From Ministeria vibrans ATCC 50519 (Eukaryota > Protista > Filasterea): a stretch of 64,000 bases of DNA. Positions 1 through 15,414 of the stretch are shown here, piece by piece (the first letter of the stretch is position 1; each line of letters opens with the position of its first letter). The notes under the pieces were generated by a model. The model saw only the letters and a program-made list of their open reading frames with translations. It made no database searches and was not told the origin of the DNA. The translations under genes and the position numbers were made by a program. The DNA is taken from assembly GCA_943704425.1 (NCBI GenBank), contig CALSCP010000692.1, positions 10,589 to 74,588 of the forward strand. The letters run 5' to 3'.

Positions 1-491
<491 letters not shown>

Positions 492-974
492 GTCTGATCT
501 AGAAGCAGCAGAGAATTGGAAATATTATAATTAATGTATTTTCGAAGTTTGAAGTTTGAACTTTCAAGGACTCGACTCATAAAACCACCTTTTTTCTTCT
601 ATCTATTCATCAATGGCGTAATTTGGCTCCTATTGGCTTACCATGCTGTTCACTCTGGTGTCTGCTTGATTATACCGCGATGCCGGGCAACGTGTGGAGC
701 CATCATAGGGTGGATTATGAATAGATGGACTGAAAAGGCGGTTTAGATATGTAATGCCATAGAGCCCAACTTGAATTTCTTAGTCATTTGTGAGTCAAAG
801 GAATCGGGTTGAAACGGAAAATGCAAAAGACTAGAGGCCCCATGAGGCATGAATCCATATAACTATTAACTTGAGAGGTCACCTGTACTGTCCTGCACGC
901 GCAATACAGAATACCAGAGAGGGCAATCGCAGTCGATGAAAATTCGCATGTTTATTAAATGTTTCAAGTTCGTC

Positions 975-1212
975 TCAATGGCCCGCCTTAACATCAATGA
1001 GATCCTCCTGCGCGGGAAATTCCTACGCGAAAAGTAGCTGTGAGCAACGACAAAAAAGTATCAAACGCAGAACAATCGACGAACCTTAATGGCGGCCTCA
1101 ATGGCATCGCGCTGGAGCAGAATAGCACAGGTGTATTGCAGAGCCCTCACCTAAAGTCATGTCAGCGACACACACACACACATACACACATACACACATA
1201 CACACACACACA

Positions 1213-1251
<39 letters not shown>

Positions 1252-3319
1252 CTACCTGTCCACCGGGCTTCAAGAGACGACTGCCCATTCCAAGGAAGCA
1301 GTTGTCGGTGAGGTTGTTGAGGGGCTCTCCCTCCCGGTCGACCACCGTCACGTCCCCGCGCAGAATATACAGCGCAAACGACGCCTTGTGCTCTGCCGAG
1401 CCCGTCGACAGTATCACCGCCTAAAACATGCAGAGAGATTGATTGGGCGCACTGATCATGACAGGCACCTACACTCACCTCTGCTTCGTATTCATGTGCG
1501 ACTGTCATGTGAGCGAGATAGTGCAGGAAGGATGGGGAGCACTTGCGGAAGGGTGGGTAGGCGGAGTAACGCTCCATCAGCACCTCAGGCGATAGTGCGC
1601 CCTACATTAAAATCCATTTAGGTATTTACCTCTCTCTCCATCTCTCTCTTTGTCTAACCTGATAGCGATCGAGCAGTTCCATGTTCTGCTGACGCCACAC
1701 AACCTCGCGTTGGCGAGCCATTGCCATCGTCTGTAAGCGCTCGTCCTCGTGGCTTTCCAGCACCGCCATTAGTGCCTCCCTAATACCATGTCACTCAGCG
1801 TCACGCACACGGCACACATGATTGATTTTAGCGTGTTGTTACCTTTGCAGCTCAAAGAGTGTACAATAGTCGACAGTGGTGAAGTTTGCGCGTCTTTTTG
1901 CGCCCAAGAAAAGGCCGTCAAGGCCAAAGGCCACGCCGTCGCCCAGCTGGGCAAACACGTCGGCATCGTCGTCGCTGATGACGTCCACCTTGCCGCGAAT
2001 GATGAAGAAGGCGCTCTCTCCGCTGTCTCCGCGCCGACAAATCTATACGAATTTGTGAGTCACTGTGTCGTGCCCCTCTTGTGTCACCCTTACTTCTGTT
2101 CTCGGAGCGTATGTGATCGGCTCCGAGGTGCACGCCACGTCCGCCAAAACTCCCTTCTTCCACTTGTGAAACAGCGGTGCCTAACGCATAAAAAGAACCA
2201 ATTGATCACGCCTACTCCGACCTGTTTCTACTCTTTCTAGGATTGTCTTGTTTGTGTACAACGAAGCTTTTGCCCTAGCTAGGGGCACTTCCAAAAATAA
2301 ACAACATGTTTTTAGTCCTTCTTACTCGAATCAAGGCTGTGTAGGTGCACTCAGAGGCAAGCAGACCTGGCTCAAAGAGGTTGTCAGTGTCGGTGTAGCC
2401 TCGTTTGGTGCACCATGACAACAGGTCTTTGTTCTGCTCCATCACACAATAGGATTAGCGCGGCAGTCGAACTTCTTGCACACGATACTCTTACATCCAG
2501 CTTGAACGGACCCAGTTCGTGGTGTAAGTCGGACTTTTGCAGGAGAATGAGGTCGCAGGGCGTGAGAGCACGCACCGCACAAATGGCGGGCACGCCAAAC
2601 ACAGCCGACAGCTCGCCAAAGAAATTGCCCTGGCCCGCCTGAAAGAGCGTGTGCTTGCCGTCGGGGTGGATCATTTCAACGAGGCCGTGCCGAATCACAT
2701 AGATTCCCGACAAATTGTCTCCCTTTCGTATGATGTGTTCGTTTGCATGGGCCGACGTCTGTCGCAAACAGCAAACGAGAAAACAAAAAACCCGACAGTA
2801 TCAGCTCGAAAGAAGCAAAACTGACAGAAATGAGTCAGCAAGAAGCAGCACTGCCCCCATGCAGGGGTACAGTGCGCTGCCGAGCGACGCTGATGGGCGT
2901 GGCAGTCAAGCGATTCTTACGTGTGGCGCCGACCCAACCATTCGCAGGAGGATGTCGTAGACCTCGCGCTTTGTTCTGAGCGGCACAAGAAAGTGCAAAG
3001 ACATGCATGCCTGCAGCGAGCAAAGAACGGGACAAAACAGCACAAGGTGAGCAAGACTGCAAAAAAGTATCTCTATGGCAACCACCAAAAGCCAAAAAGG
3101 GACAACCCCCATTAAACAAACAAGAAGAGCCCTGCGAACCTGCGCCATCTGTGGATACGTCAAAGGATGCATCTTGGTGATGTCCGTGTTCATCGACAAC
3201 ACATCGCGCACCTGCAAACACAGCACGTCAATATGTGGGCAGACTCATCGACGATCAGCGGCGTGTACCTGCGCCTGGTACATGATGTCGGGCACTCTCT
3301 TTGATGCTCCACAACCCAT
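975..3319 (-). CDS. Multi-exon protein with three tandem cyclic-nucleotide-binding (CNBD-like) domains and an N-terminal MGCGAS acylation motif
   Basis: ATG at 3319 gives MGCGASKRVP. CNBD1 IIRKGDNLSGIYVIRHGLVEM...FFGELSAVFG; CNBD2 ICRRGDSGESAFFIIRGKVDV...AFGLDGLF; CNBD3 ASFALYILRGDVTVV...FLG. Inferred last exon ends FPAQEDLIDVKAGH*. Confidence 0.75.
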
Positions 3320-3546
3320 ACTGAGGAGTGACGAAAATGCTCAAAATTTCTGTATTATTTTTTTTCTTTGGAATTTAAGACTTGACAGAATACTCATTCG
3401 TAATTGCTCAATGGACAAAGCTGCTGGCAGAGTACGTCAAGTCGAGGCACCAATCAATATCCAACCTTCATTCGATCATGCAACTGTTACGTGTCGATCT
3501 CATGTCAAACTAGACTAATTTAAGTCTTTATTCAAACCTTTGGTGT

Positions 3547-4834
3547 TTATTCCTTCTTCTCTTGCTCCTCCAGAATACTGCCGAGGGCGGTGGCAAACGA
3601 GTAGACATCAGCAAAGGTATTGTACAGCGGACAGGGAGCCTAAGCACACATACGAGTAAGTACACAAGACAGAGATCATATATGTATCGTACAACGCGAA
3701 TGACGTGAGGCTCACGGACATCACACACAAACCCTCTGCGGTCGAGAATCGCATGGACGGGCCGCACATTGGGCCCAATCTCAATTGACAGCTGACAACC
3801 CCTCTACGTGCAAAACAGACAATCCAGCAATCAGTGCATATGAGTGCGTGTGGCTGTGCATGAAACCTGCGCTGGGTCTGAGGGCGTGATGATGCGGTAA
3901 CGGCCAGCCACTTGGGCCAGGAGCAGCGCCTCAAGGTAGCCAGTAAGCAAACGCGACTTGGCGGTGAGAGCAGCCATAGACGTGCGGTCAAAGATGTCGA
4001 GGGAGGCGCGCAAAGAGACCGTCTGCAGCACTGGAGGGTTGCTTAGCTGGTACCGACTGGCATCCGCAATCGCATCAAACTCTAGGGAGAGACAAAGGAG
4101 AAAGAAACAAAGTGATAGAGAGAGAGAGAGAAAGTGATAGAGAGAGAAAGAAATAAAGTGATAGAGAGAGAGGGAGAAAGGAGGGAGAGAGAAAGAAATA
4201 AAGTGATAGAGAGAGAGAGTAAGGAGAAAGAAACAAAGTGATAGAGAGAGAGAAAGTGATAGAGAGAGAAAGGAGGAAAAACAAATTGATAGAGAGAGAG
4301 AAAGGAGAAAGAAACAAAGTGATAGAGAGAGAGAAAGGAGAAAGAAACAAAGTGATAGAGAGAGAGAAAGGAAAAAGAAACAAAGTGGTAGAGAGAGAGA
4401 AATGAAAAAGAAACAAAGTGATTTTGAGAGAGACAAAAGAGAACGAAACAAAGTGATTGTGTGTGTGTGTAGGAGATAGGGTTTTAGGGTTAAAACAGTG
4501 CCTCATTGTGCGTGTCTTTGCATACCGTTGATCATTTGAAAGCGATTAGTTGGGTTATTGCCCCACCAACCCGCAAACCTAAGAGGACCGATCAGAGTAA
4601 GAACGCGCACACAACACACATTGAGAGACTGACATGGGAAGGGACTGTGCAAAGTGGTCGCTGTGGAGGAATGCGCCAGCAATGCCCCCAGGCCCACTGT
4701 TAAGGTACTTGTACGAGCACCATGCGGCAAAGTCAACGCCCCACTCGTGCAGCGACAGCTGTGCATTGCCCACTGCATGTGCTAGGTCAAACCCCACTCG
4801 CGCACCCTACAGCATCATATGAGTGTAAGTGTAA

Positions 4835-4865
<31 letters not shown>

Positions 4866-5920
4866 AATATGTGTCCCTCTCGCTGTCTCTTACCGCGCCC
4901 TTGGCTGCTGACGTGATTGTCTTCATGTCAAACAACTGTCCGGTGTAGTACTGCACTCCACTGAACATGACCAGTGCCAGTGACTCACGGTGCTCCTCAA
5001 TCAGTGCCACAATGTCCTATCACCCCACTCCAATCAATGCAACTCTCTTGATTTTCTCTCTTACTTCGGTACGCAGGGTCTCTTCGCCCTCGCGTGGCTT
5101 TGCCAGAATCATTGAGGTGCTTGGGTCCAGCTTGTGAAATCGAATCTGACTCTCAATCGCATACTACTCAAATCATTTCTGAAAAGGGTTCAAACACACA
5201 GCGTGTTTCTTACGTGGTCCGACGGGAATGCATGTTCCTCAATGATGATCTTGTGGCGCTGCGGCGTTGGCGCGTAGAACGACACAAGCATCAGATGCAG
5301 ATTGGTCGTGAGTGAGTTCATAATGACCACTTCGTTGGCACTCGCACCTGAAACAAACCCAACGTGTGTCTCATGTCTCTCCTCCTCCCCTCTCCCAAAA
5401 CTCACCCACAACACGGCCCATGCTCTCACGGCAAATCTCCCCAATGTCAACCCACGGGCGTGGTCGTCGGCTGTCAAAGTGGCCAATGACACCGCTGCAG
5501 AAGAACAACGGTCAGACGGACAGCCCTCTCACTTCCACATGCGACCCGCTTACAGCTTGCTCCACTTGTCAAGTTCTTCGTTGACCATCGCTGCAGTGCC
5601 CCGTGGCTGCAGACCCAGCGAGTTCCCGCACAAGTAGACACAGTGGCGTTCTTTGTCGCTGGTGTTTTCCGCTTCTGTCGAACGCAAAGCGCGTTTCAAT
5701 GGTGCGATGCCACACGCCGCGACCGTCTTACCAGGTACATCGGCCGCCTTGGGGATACAGAAGTCCTCGCGGAACGGGGCAAGCGGGTCCTGCTTGTCCA
5801 GCAGCGACGCCAACGCACAGTCGGTGATCGCCTGCACACAGCGAACAAGAGCTCAGCCGCCATGCCGTTCCATCAAATTCTTACCAGATTGTGCTCACTC
5901 GCGATATCACGCACACTCAT
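3547..5920 (-). CDS. KYNU: Kynureninase (PLP-dependent)
   Basis: Spliced motifs [79 protein letters not shown] (PLP lysine), APCPLYNTF. Confidence 0.95.
4085..4456. repeat. Intronic minisatellite, ~35 bp unit AAAGAAACAAAGTGATAGAGAGAGAGAAAGGAG, about 10 degenerate copies
   Basis: Directly visible tandem array inside a KYNU intron; the same unit recurs in other introns of the window. Confidence 0.9.
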
Positions 5921-6032
5921 TGGAAAGAAAGAAGAGCAGGAAAAAAGAAAAAAAAAAAAGGAAAGAATAACTAACTCCCGTTTCATAAAAGAATAAAAAA
6001 ATCCGTTCTTTATCCTTTCAAAAAAGTTTAGA

Positions 6033-7280
6033 ATGTCTGAGAAACAACCGCTACTCGGAACTGGGCAACCGCCGAATGGGGGTGGGGGTGCGAGCGGGGC
6101 AGTCGAGCCGTCAGCGCCCCCTGCGCCGGGCGACTCGGCCGAGCTGGCTGTGGCCGAACTGCCGCCCGCGTACGAAGACGTCTACTCGTACCAGCCGCCC
6201 ACGCACGATGTTGTCGTGCCCATCCACTCCACCAGCGGCTACCCACGTAAGGCTCTTTCCCGTCCGTCGACCCCCCTTCCCCTTTTGTCTCCCACACCCG
6301 TCCTCCCCCCCCCCGCCCGCTCCCTCGCGTCGTCCATCCCCCGTCCACGCCGGTGGCTAGTGCAGCGTGGATGTGGCGCGGTCGTCGTGCGCCCTCTGTA
6401 CTGCTGAACGGGGCGCTGGTTGTCGTCCAAATTGGTGATTCCCCAATGAGTGTGTCATCCCGCTCCTCTCCTGCGTAGAGATCACGCCGCCCTTCCAAGA
6501 AGTCGTAACGGGCCCCACATACCAAGCGAATGGAGGCCCGCCAGCGCCGGGGGTGCCTGCGGGCGATGTGCTTGCCGTTGCTTGCGAAGGGTGTCAGAAG
6601 GTCACAGAGTGCTTCTCCCTCTCGCCCCGCTGACAGGCTTGACTTAGGTGGTCACTTACCCTCGTGGACGACGCATTGTACGGTGTAGCTGCCAGTACAT
6701 GACGCCCGTCATGGCACCGCCGCCGTCCAAAAAGTATTTTCGCTGTGCCTGTCGTACTCTCTGCACAGTCTCCGTCAACGCCAGTGCCGTGCGCTGTCCC
6801 CGCTGCCGCGCCACGACCATTATTGGACCGCCTCCACTGGGACAACGGAGAGCACGATGCGGGTAAGAGGGATGGAGAGAGAGAAAGGTGAACTCATATG
6901 TCTTTGCAGTGGATGCAACACGCTTGTGGTGGCACCTGTGCGACGCTCCGCCGCCGTATGCCCTGTCTGCCGCGTCTCAGTCATATTTGATCCATTGCTT
7001 TTTGGTCGACGCATGCGACGTTATACTGTTCTCGGTACGACGTTACGTCTTCGTACTTGAAAAATACTGCAGATGGACTCAGCATACACACACATACGTA
7101 GGATTTGTTTTGGTTGCCATTGGGATTGGAGTGACTCTGGGGGTCTCAGCTGGCACGGACGACACGTTTGGGCCGGTGGAAGTGTTGGGAGCAGTCCCCA
7201 TTGTGCTTGGCGCTATCTTTTTACTCATTGCGCTCGTCATGTTCTCGCGCAAGAAGAGCGAAGCGATTCCAGAAGCATAA
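6033..7280 (+). CDS. TMEM55: TMEM55 / PIP4P-family lysosomal membrane protein
   Basis: N-terminal acidic dileucine EKQPLL, PPAY (PPxY) motif, Cys-rich TPVMAPPPSKKYFRCAC...RCPRC region like TMEM55 TPIKNPPPGKKYVRCPC, and two C-terminal TM helices. Confidence 0.8.
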
Positions 7281-7452
7281 TCCCTCTCTCTGTTCCCTGT
7301 GTGTGTACACTACTTACTCTCAATGTTGTATCAGTCCACTTTGATTAAGCATTCTGCTCTGGTATTGCCATTAAGGGAGTGAGACACACATAGACACACG
7401 CTCATGCATGTACCATTTTTTGTTATTATGACAATAATATTGCTTAATATTG

Positions 7453-10358
<2,906 letters not shown>

Positions 10359-10934
10359 TTCGATCGGCAGTCAACAGAGTCAGCGGCGATGCAGATACAC
10401 AGGGTGTTTGGTAGCTGGTTGGAAGGGGCGCGAGTGTGCAGAGGCAAGATGGATTTGGGAGAGAGGGTCGCACGAAGCGAGCAAGGTGAAGGAAAGCGAT
10501 TGATCATTGAATTTTGAAATGAAATTAATCAATCACACGTGAAACACGCCATGTCTCAAGATGACTAGAGAGCAAATTGATCTGACGGAAAGGGATAATC
10601 AAAGCCGTGAGTAGCCGTCACACTATTAACAACGTTTATCAAGAAATGGCATGACTCATTGTTCCGCCCACCTTTGGAAGTAAGCGGGAACGTTCTCATG
10701 CTCATACAAAATCGACATTTCTCTCTCAATCGCACTCTCGCTCTTTCCCTCTCTCAGCATTGCACTCCGCACACACTCGCTGTACACACCCCTCCAGTTC
10801 AACGCCAAGACGGTACTCGTAAACTCGGACGAGTGTCGAGTGCGCAGGTGAGCAGGCAGATTGCTCGAGTTTGCCTGACTTGAACTTATTTAGTGGTTTT
10901 GGTTTATGGGCTTCTTTCGGGACATTCTCGTCTT

Positions 10935-11032
10935 GAAGTCTACAGAGTACAGACTACGGCGGAAGTATAGTGCTGCTCTTTGTTTGTATATAGTTTGTTT
11001 TGACATTGAGTACAGCTCTCGATTCTCTATTT
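10935..11032 (-). repeat. Dispersed intergenic repeat, copy 1
   Basis: Reverse complement reads AATAGAGAATCGAGAGCTGTACTCAATGTCAAAACAA...AGAGCAGCACTATACTTCCGCCGTAG; similar sequence at ~54908, ~60565 and ~63851. Confidence 0.75.
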
Positions 11033-11131
11033 ATTTTCTTATTTAGTGAAGATTGAAGAATTTTCCATTTAAGACTTAAGTAGTTATTAGTTAAGTTTTA
11101 ACTTTCTTTCGTCTCTTCACTCAGGACCACC

Positions 11132-11847
11132 ATGGACACAATCACCTCCATGGTCATCGGCAACAAGGTCGACTCCATGACCAAGGACCTTGGCTTTGGA
11201 GGCAAAGACGAAGAAGACGATCCGGTAAGCACTCTGCTCCCACTGCCTCTCCCTTTGCTGCAGTACCACGGAAGGCACCCTCCCACCCTCCCTCTCGCCC
11301 CCCCCTGTCCCTGGCGACGACCTGCTTCCACCTGCTTCTTCTGCTGTTCGCGAATCTTTGTCTTCTTTTGTGCTATTGCCGTCCAACCTCTCCTGCCGAC
11401 GCGTCTCATCCTCCTCGGTGGCCTACCAATGTGGGTACAGAGGCAGACGACTCTTTTACTCCATCGCACTCTCGTTTTCTGTTGTTTTGTTGTCGTCATC
11501 GAACTTTTGTCTCTCTCCGCTTGCGCAGCACAAGGCGGAGCAGGACACTCTGAAGGGCAAGAAGAAGCGCGAGGCGGAGGTAAGAGGGCTTGCCAAGCCG
11601 CGCGCCTTTACTCACCATGGTGTTGTTGTGCATTGGACAGCAACGCAAGTACGCCGAGCAAGAGGCGGCACGCAAGGCCAAGCACGCCAAGGAGAGGGAA
11701 TCGCGCGAAATCGAGCGACAGAAGATCAGAGACAAGTACAATCTGAAAGGGGCTGGGAGACAGCCTGCCAAGAAAGCATCGACCTCGGCGCCCGCTCCTG
11801 CTGCTGCTGCTGCCCCCGCAAAGGACGACAGCTGCTCCGTCATGTAA
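11132..11847 (+). CDS. CPLX: Complexin (synaphin) with C-terminal CaaX box
   Basis: Three exons splice to MDTITSMVIGNKVDSMTKDLGFGGKDEEDDP|HKAEQDTLKGKKKREAE|QRKYAEQEAARKAKHAKERESREIERQKIRDKYNLK...DDSCSVM*. The central helix resembles complexin RKAKHARMEAEREKVRQQIRDKYGL. Confidence 0.88.
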
Positions 11848-11904
11848 CCAATAAAAAAAATGTTCCAAAGGATTGTGCGCAAGAACTGTGTTTCATGTTT
11901 CTTT

Positions 11905-13398
11905 TTAATTGGCTCCAAGAGGGTCAAAGGGGTCGTCGTCGTCGTCGTCAAAAGGACTCTTCTCGGCAAGTGGGTCGTGGGCAGCATCAACTACTTCCGG
12001 CTCAGACACCGGCAGCGCAGGGGTATCTTCTGCTGCCTCCACATGCGGCACCACGGCCTCCTCCTCCTCCACCTCGACCTTCTTCTTCTTGCCCTTACTG
12101 CTCTTCGCACTGCTCTCATGGCTCTCCGCCGTCGTGACTGCCACTGCTGTCTTCCCGCTTTTCTTCTGCGCTCGCAGTGTCGCAGTCAGTTCCTCATTCC
12201 GGCGACATTCCTAAACATCCCACAAAACCAAGTTAATCTTATCTCTCAGTTTATGAGGGGGAGGGGGTACCTCTTGGAAGTCACGGACAGTCTTGTAGTA
12301 CTCGCGTTGCTTGTCTACCAGAGCCAAATAGGTCGCATTGAGCGAATCCCGACGTGTCTTCTCAGTGCCCTGTCGTGTCTCAACCTACTCCAAACATACA
12401 CCGCGTGAGACCACACAAAACGTGTGTGTGTATGAGTACCTTCTCAAGGTTTCCGCGCACACCCGCCACAATCTGCTCAAACTGGCGCATAAATGTATCG
12501 CGATTGGCATTTGACGACATGGCCCGTCCAAAGTTGTCGTGGATCGAACTCAACAGCTCTATACACACACACACACACAATCACACACACACATTGGGGC
12601 GTTAGGCTACAGACGCGCCCACTACCTGGCTACATTGTACCTTGTTCCTTCTCCATGTACCGCTTTGAGTCGTCCAATGTGTTGTAGAACGTGTAGTACT
12701 GTTTTGTCTCACTCAATTTCGAGGCAATCTATGCAACACACACACTCACATTTTCAATCTCTTTCTCTCTTACGATACACGCCCTTACCTGATTGTACAG
12801 CTCCACAAAGCGCTTCTGGTACTGTGCCAGTTCTGCGCGCGAAGGAATCTCATCAATGTGGCGCTGCACAAGCACAATCTCGCGCAACTTGCGCCCCAGC
12901 AGCACACGGATCTTCTGCAACTTCTCCTGGTCCTTCTCGTACTGCCGTTGAATCATGAGAATGCGCGCCTGTTCGTCTCCTTCGCCCGTCAGTGCGTCGG
13001 AGCGCATCTTGTCAATCTCTCCTTCTAGACGCGCCTTCTCCTCGACACACGACCGCTTGAATTGCCCTTCGCTTTCCTTCAGCGACTCGTTCATCGCAAT
13101 CAGACTCTTGAGCTTGCTGATAATCGCGCGGTTCTCTTCCGTCTCCAGCGCATCAAACTTGGCCATTTCGCGATCAATGCGTCCGTTGTAGTTGAGGGCC
13201 TTGCGCAGCTTCTCCTGCGCCGCCTCAAACTCCGCCATGACACTCGCATGGGCCTCGCTCACGGCCGTCAGTCGCTTCTCACCCTTGCCCACCTGCTTTT
13301 CCAGCGACGCCACTGCCCGCTTGTGCGCAGACGCACCCGACGTGTCCGCAGTCTCAAGCTCACCTGATGGAAACAAAAGTGAGTAAAAACATGCGAGA

Positions 13399-13436
<38 letters not shown>

Positions 13437-14859
13437 CACACACACATGACAAGAAAATGAAACACCACCAACAAGTCGCACAACAGCAACAACAATGACA
13501 ACGCCAACAACACCACACAAACATCACCATCCACAACAACAACTACCAACAATCACACCTTGGAGGGCCTTGTAGCGGCTCATCATCTCACGGATGGCAT
13601 CGCCCTGCACACCCACAGCACTGCGCCAATTGTCACCCAGCGAATCACCCTCTTCCGTCTGCGCCAGTCCCCCCATGAGTGCCTGGATGCGCTCGGCCTC
13701 GGCCAGAGCCTCTGCGCTCTCCTTGTTGGCATCTTCGTCTCCTTCCGCCCCCTTCTTCTTCTTCTTCTTCTTGCTTCCACCATCGTTGTTGTCGTCCCGC
13801 CCAATGCGGTACCGGTGGCCATACTCGAGCAGCGTTGTCTGCACGCGCGTCGCCTCGTCGCCCTTGTTGCGGGCCGCCCGTGTCACGTTCGACGTGGGCT
13901 GCCGGAATCGACGCTCCGCCTTGTATGAAGACTAAATGCGCGTGTAAGTATCAACGCGCAAATCACAACCTCCCTTTACCTTGACGGTGGACACGGCCGA
14001 CATGGCCGATGGTTTGCGCGTGTCAAACTCAATGTCCTGTGGCAACTGGCGGTGCTTGTTGAACTGCGATTCGCTGTACTTGCGAATGTAGTCGCCCATC
14101 TCGGCTCGCGTCTCAATGACACGCTTGACAAGCCACTGGATCACAGGGAAAATGTGAATGTAATCCAAACCTTGGATCTGATGGGGCTCAATGCGGTGCG
14201 GGCACTTCATGCGAGGCAGCGCAGCGACAATCTTCTCAGTCAGCGCACTGGAGGAAGCGAAACAGAGAAAGAGAGAAACAATCAAGTGAGACACTGGATT
14301 CATATATATATATAATAATAATAATAATAATAAATTATATAATTATTATGATTATTATAATAATATTATTAGTATTATAGACAAAGGGAAAGAAGAGAAA
14401 AACAAACGTACATCTTTTGACCGATGGTAGAGTTCTCTTGGAAGAGCAGGTCGACGTCGAGGTCGACCTGGGACATGGTGATGGACCAGGACATGCCCCC
14501 CACGACCTGCACGCGGCAAACGCCAAGGAGGGGGCGGAGAGAGTGAGCAAAGACGACGACGCTTCGCATTGCTGCGTCTCCCTCACCTTGTCAAACGGCT
14601 CCAAGCCATTGATGCGCGCACGGAAGTAGCCCGCGACAAGGAGCAGCTCAATGATTTCGTTGTATTTGACTTCTTGCTCGGAATCAGCACGCACCTGGCG
14701 ACGACAGAGGCGCTGATGAGCCCAGAGAAAAGAGAAAAAAAAAAAAAAAAAAAAAAAACTTTGTCTCACATCAAATTCACGCTCTTTTCCGTCCGCATCA
14801 ACGTCACGCTTGATCTTGCCCTTCGCGGGCTTCAACTTGACACCGGCAAACACAGACAT
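11905..14859 (-). CDS. CCDC93: CCDC93 (CCC/Commander complex subunit)
   Basis: [95 protein letters not shown]. Confidence 0.95.
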
Positions 14860-15414
14860 TTGCAATTTTTTTGTTGTTGATTAGTGACTGGCGATTTTTT
14901 TCAATGATCATTCAAACGAGTTCGACTGTTAATTTGATTAATAATCTCTAATCTCACTATTCTCTCTCTGTCGCGCTCTACCGGCCAAGTATGCTACACT
15001 TTGTCCACACTACCATCGCTTAAGAACCGTTGCGCGCCCTCTCATTCCCTCTATTTATTTTTCTTTGACGTGAATCATGATCATTGCCAAAACCCCTTCT
15101 TTAACGGGTCCTCGTCCGTCTCCTGTCAGCCCTACACGCACCACAGCACGCAATATGCCCACTGCCGGCCACGAGACGTGTTTACTGTTCCCTGGAGAGT
15201 CAGGGGGCGTTTCAGAACGTTCGTCTCTCTGTCGCGTCTTCTTTCGCTCCTCCTCCTGGCCCTGCGCCGCCTCTCAACGCTGCTGCACCCCTCCCCGCAA
15301 CATACCCCACGTGATAGTCAATGCAGCGGCGTGGCTTTTGCCTGCGCCATTGAGACGAGAAGGCGAAAAAGTCACTAAGAGCGTTTTTTTTTTCTCTTCT
15401 TTTTCACACAAGAC

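Noticed and set aside
4085-4456. Regularly spaced ~35 bp repeats resembling a CRISPR array (also 61945-62100)
   Set aside because: No unique spacers, no cas genes, and located in eukaryotic introns; these are minisatellites.
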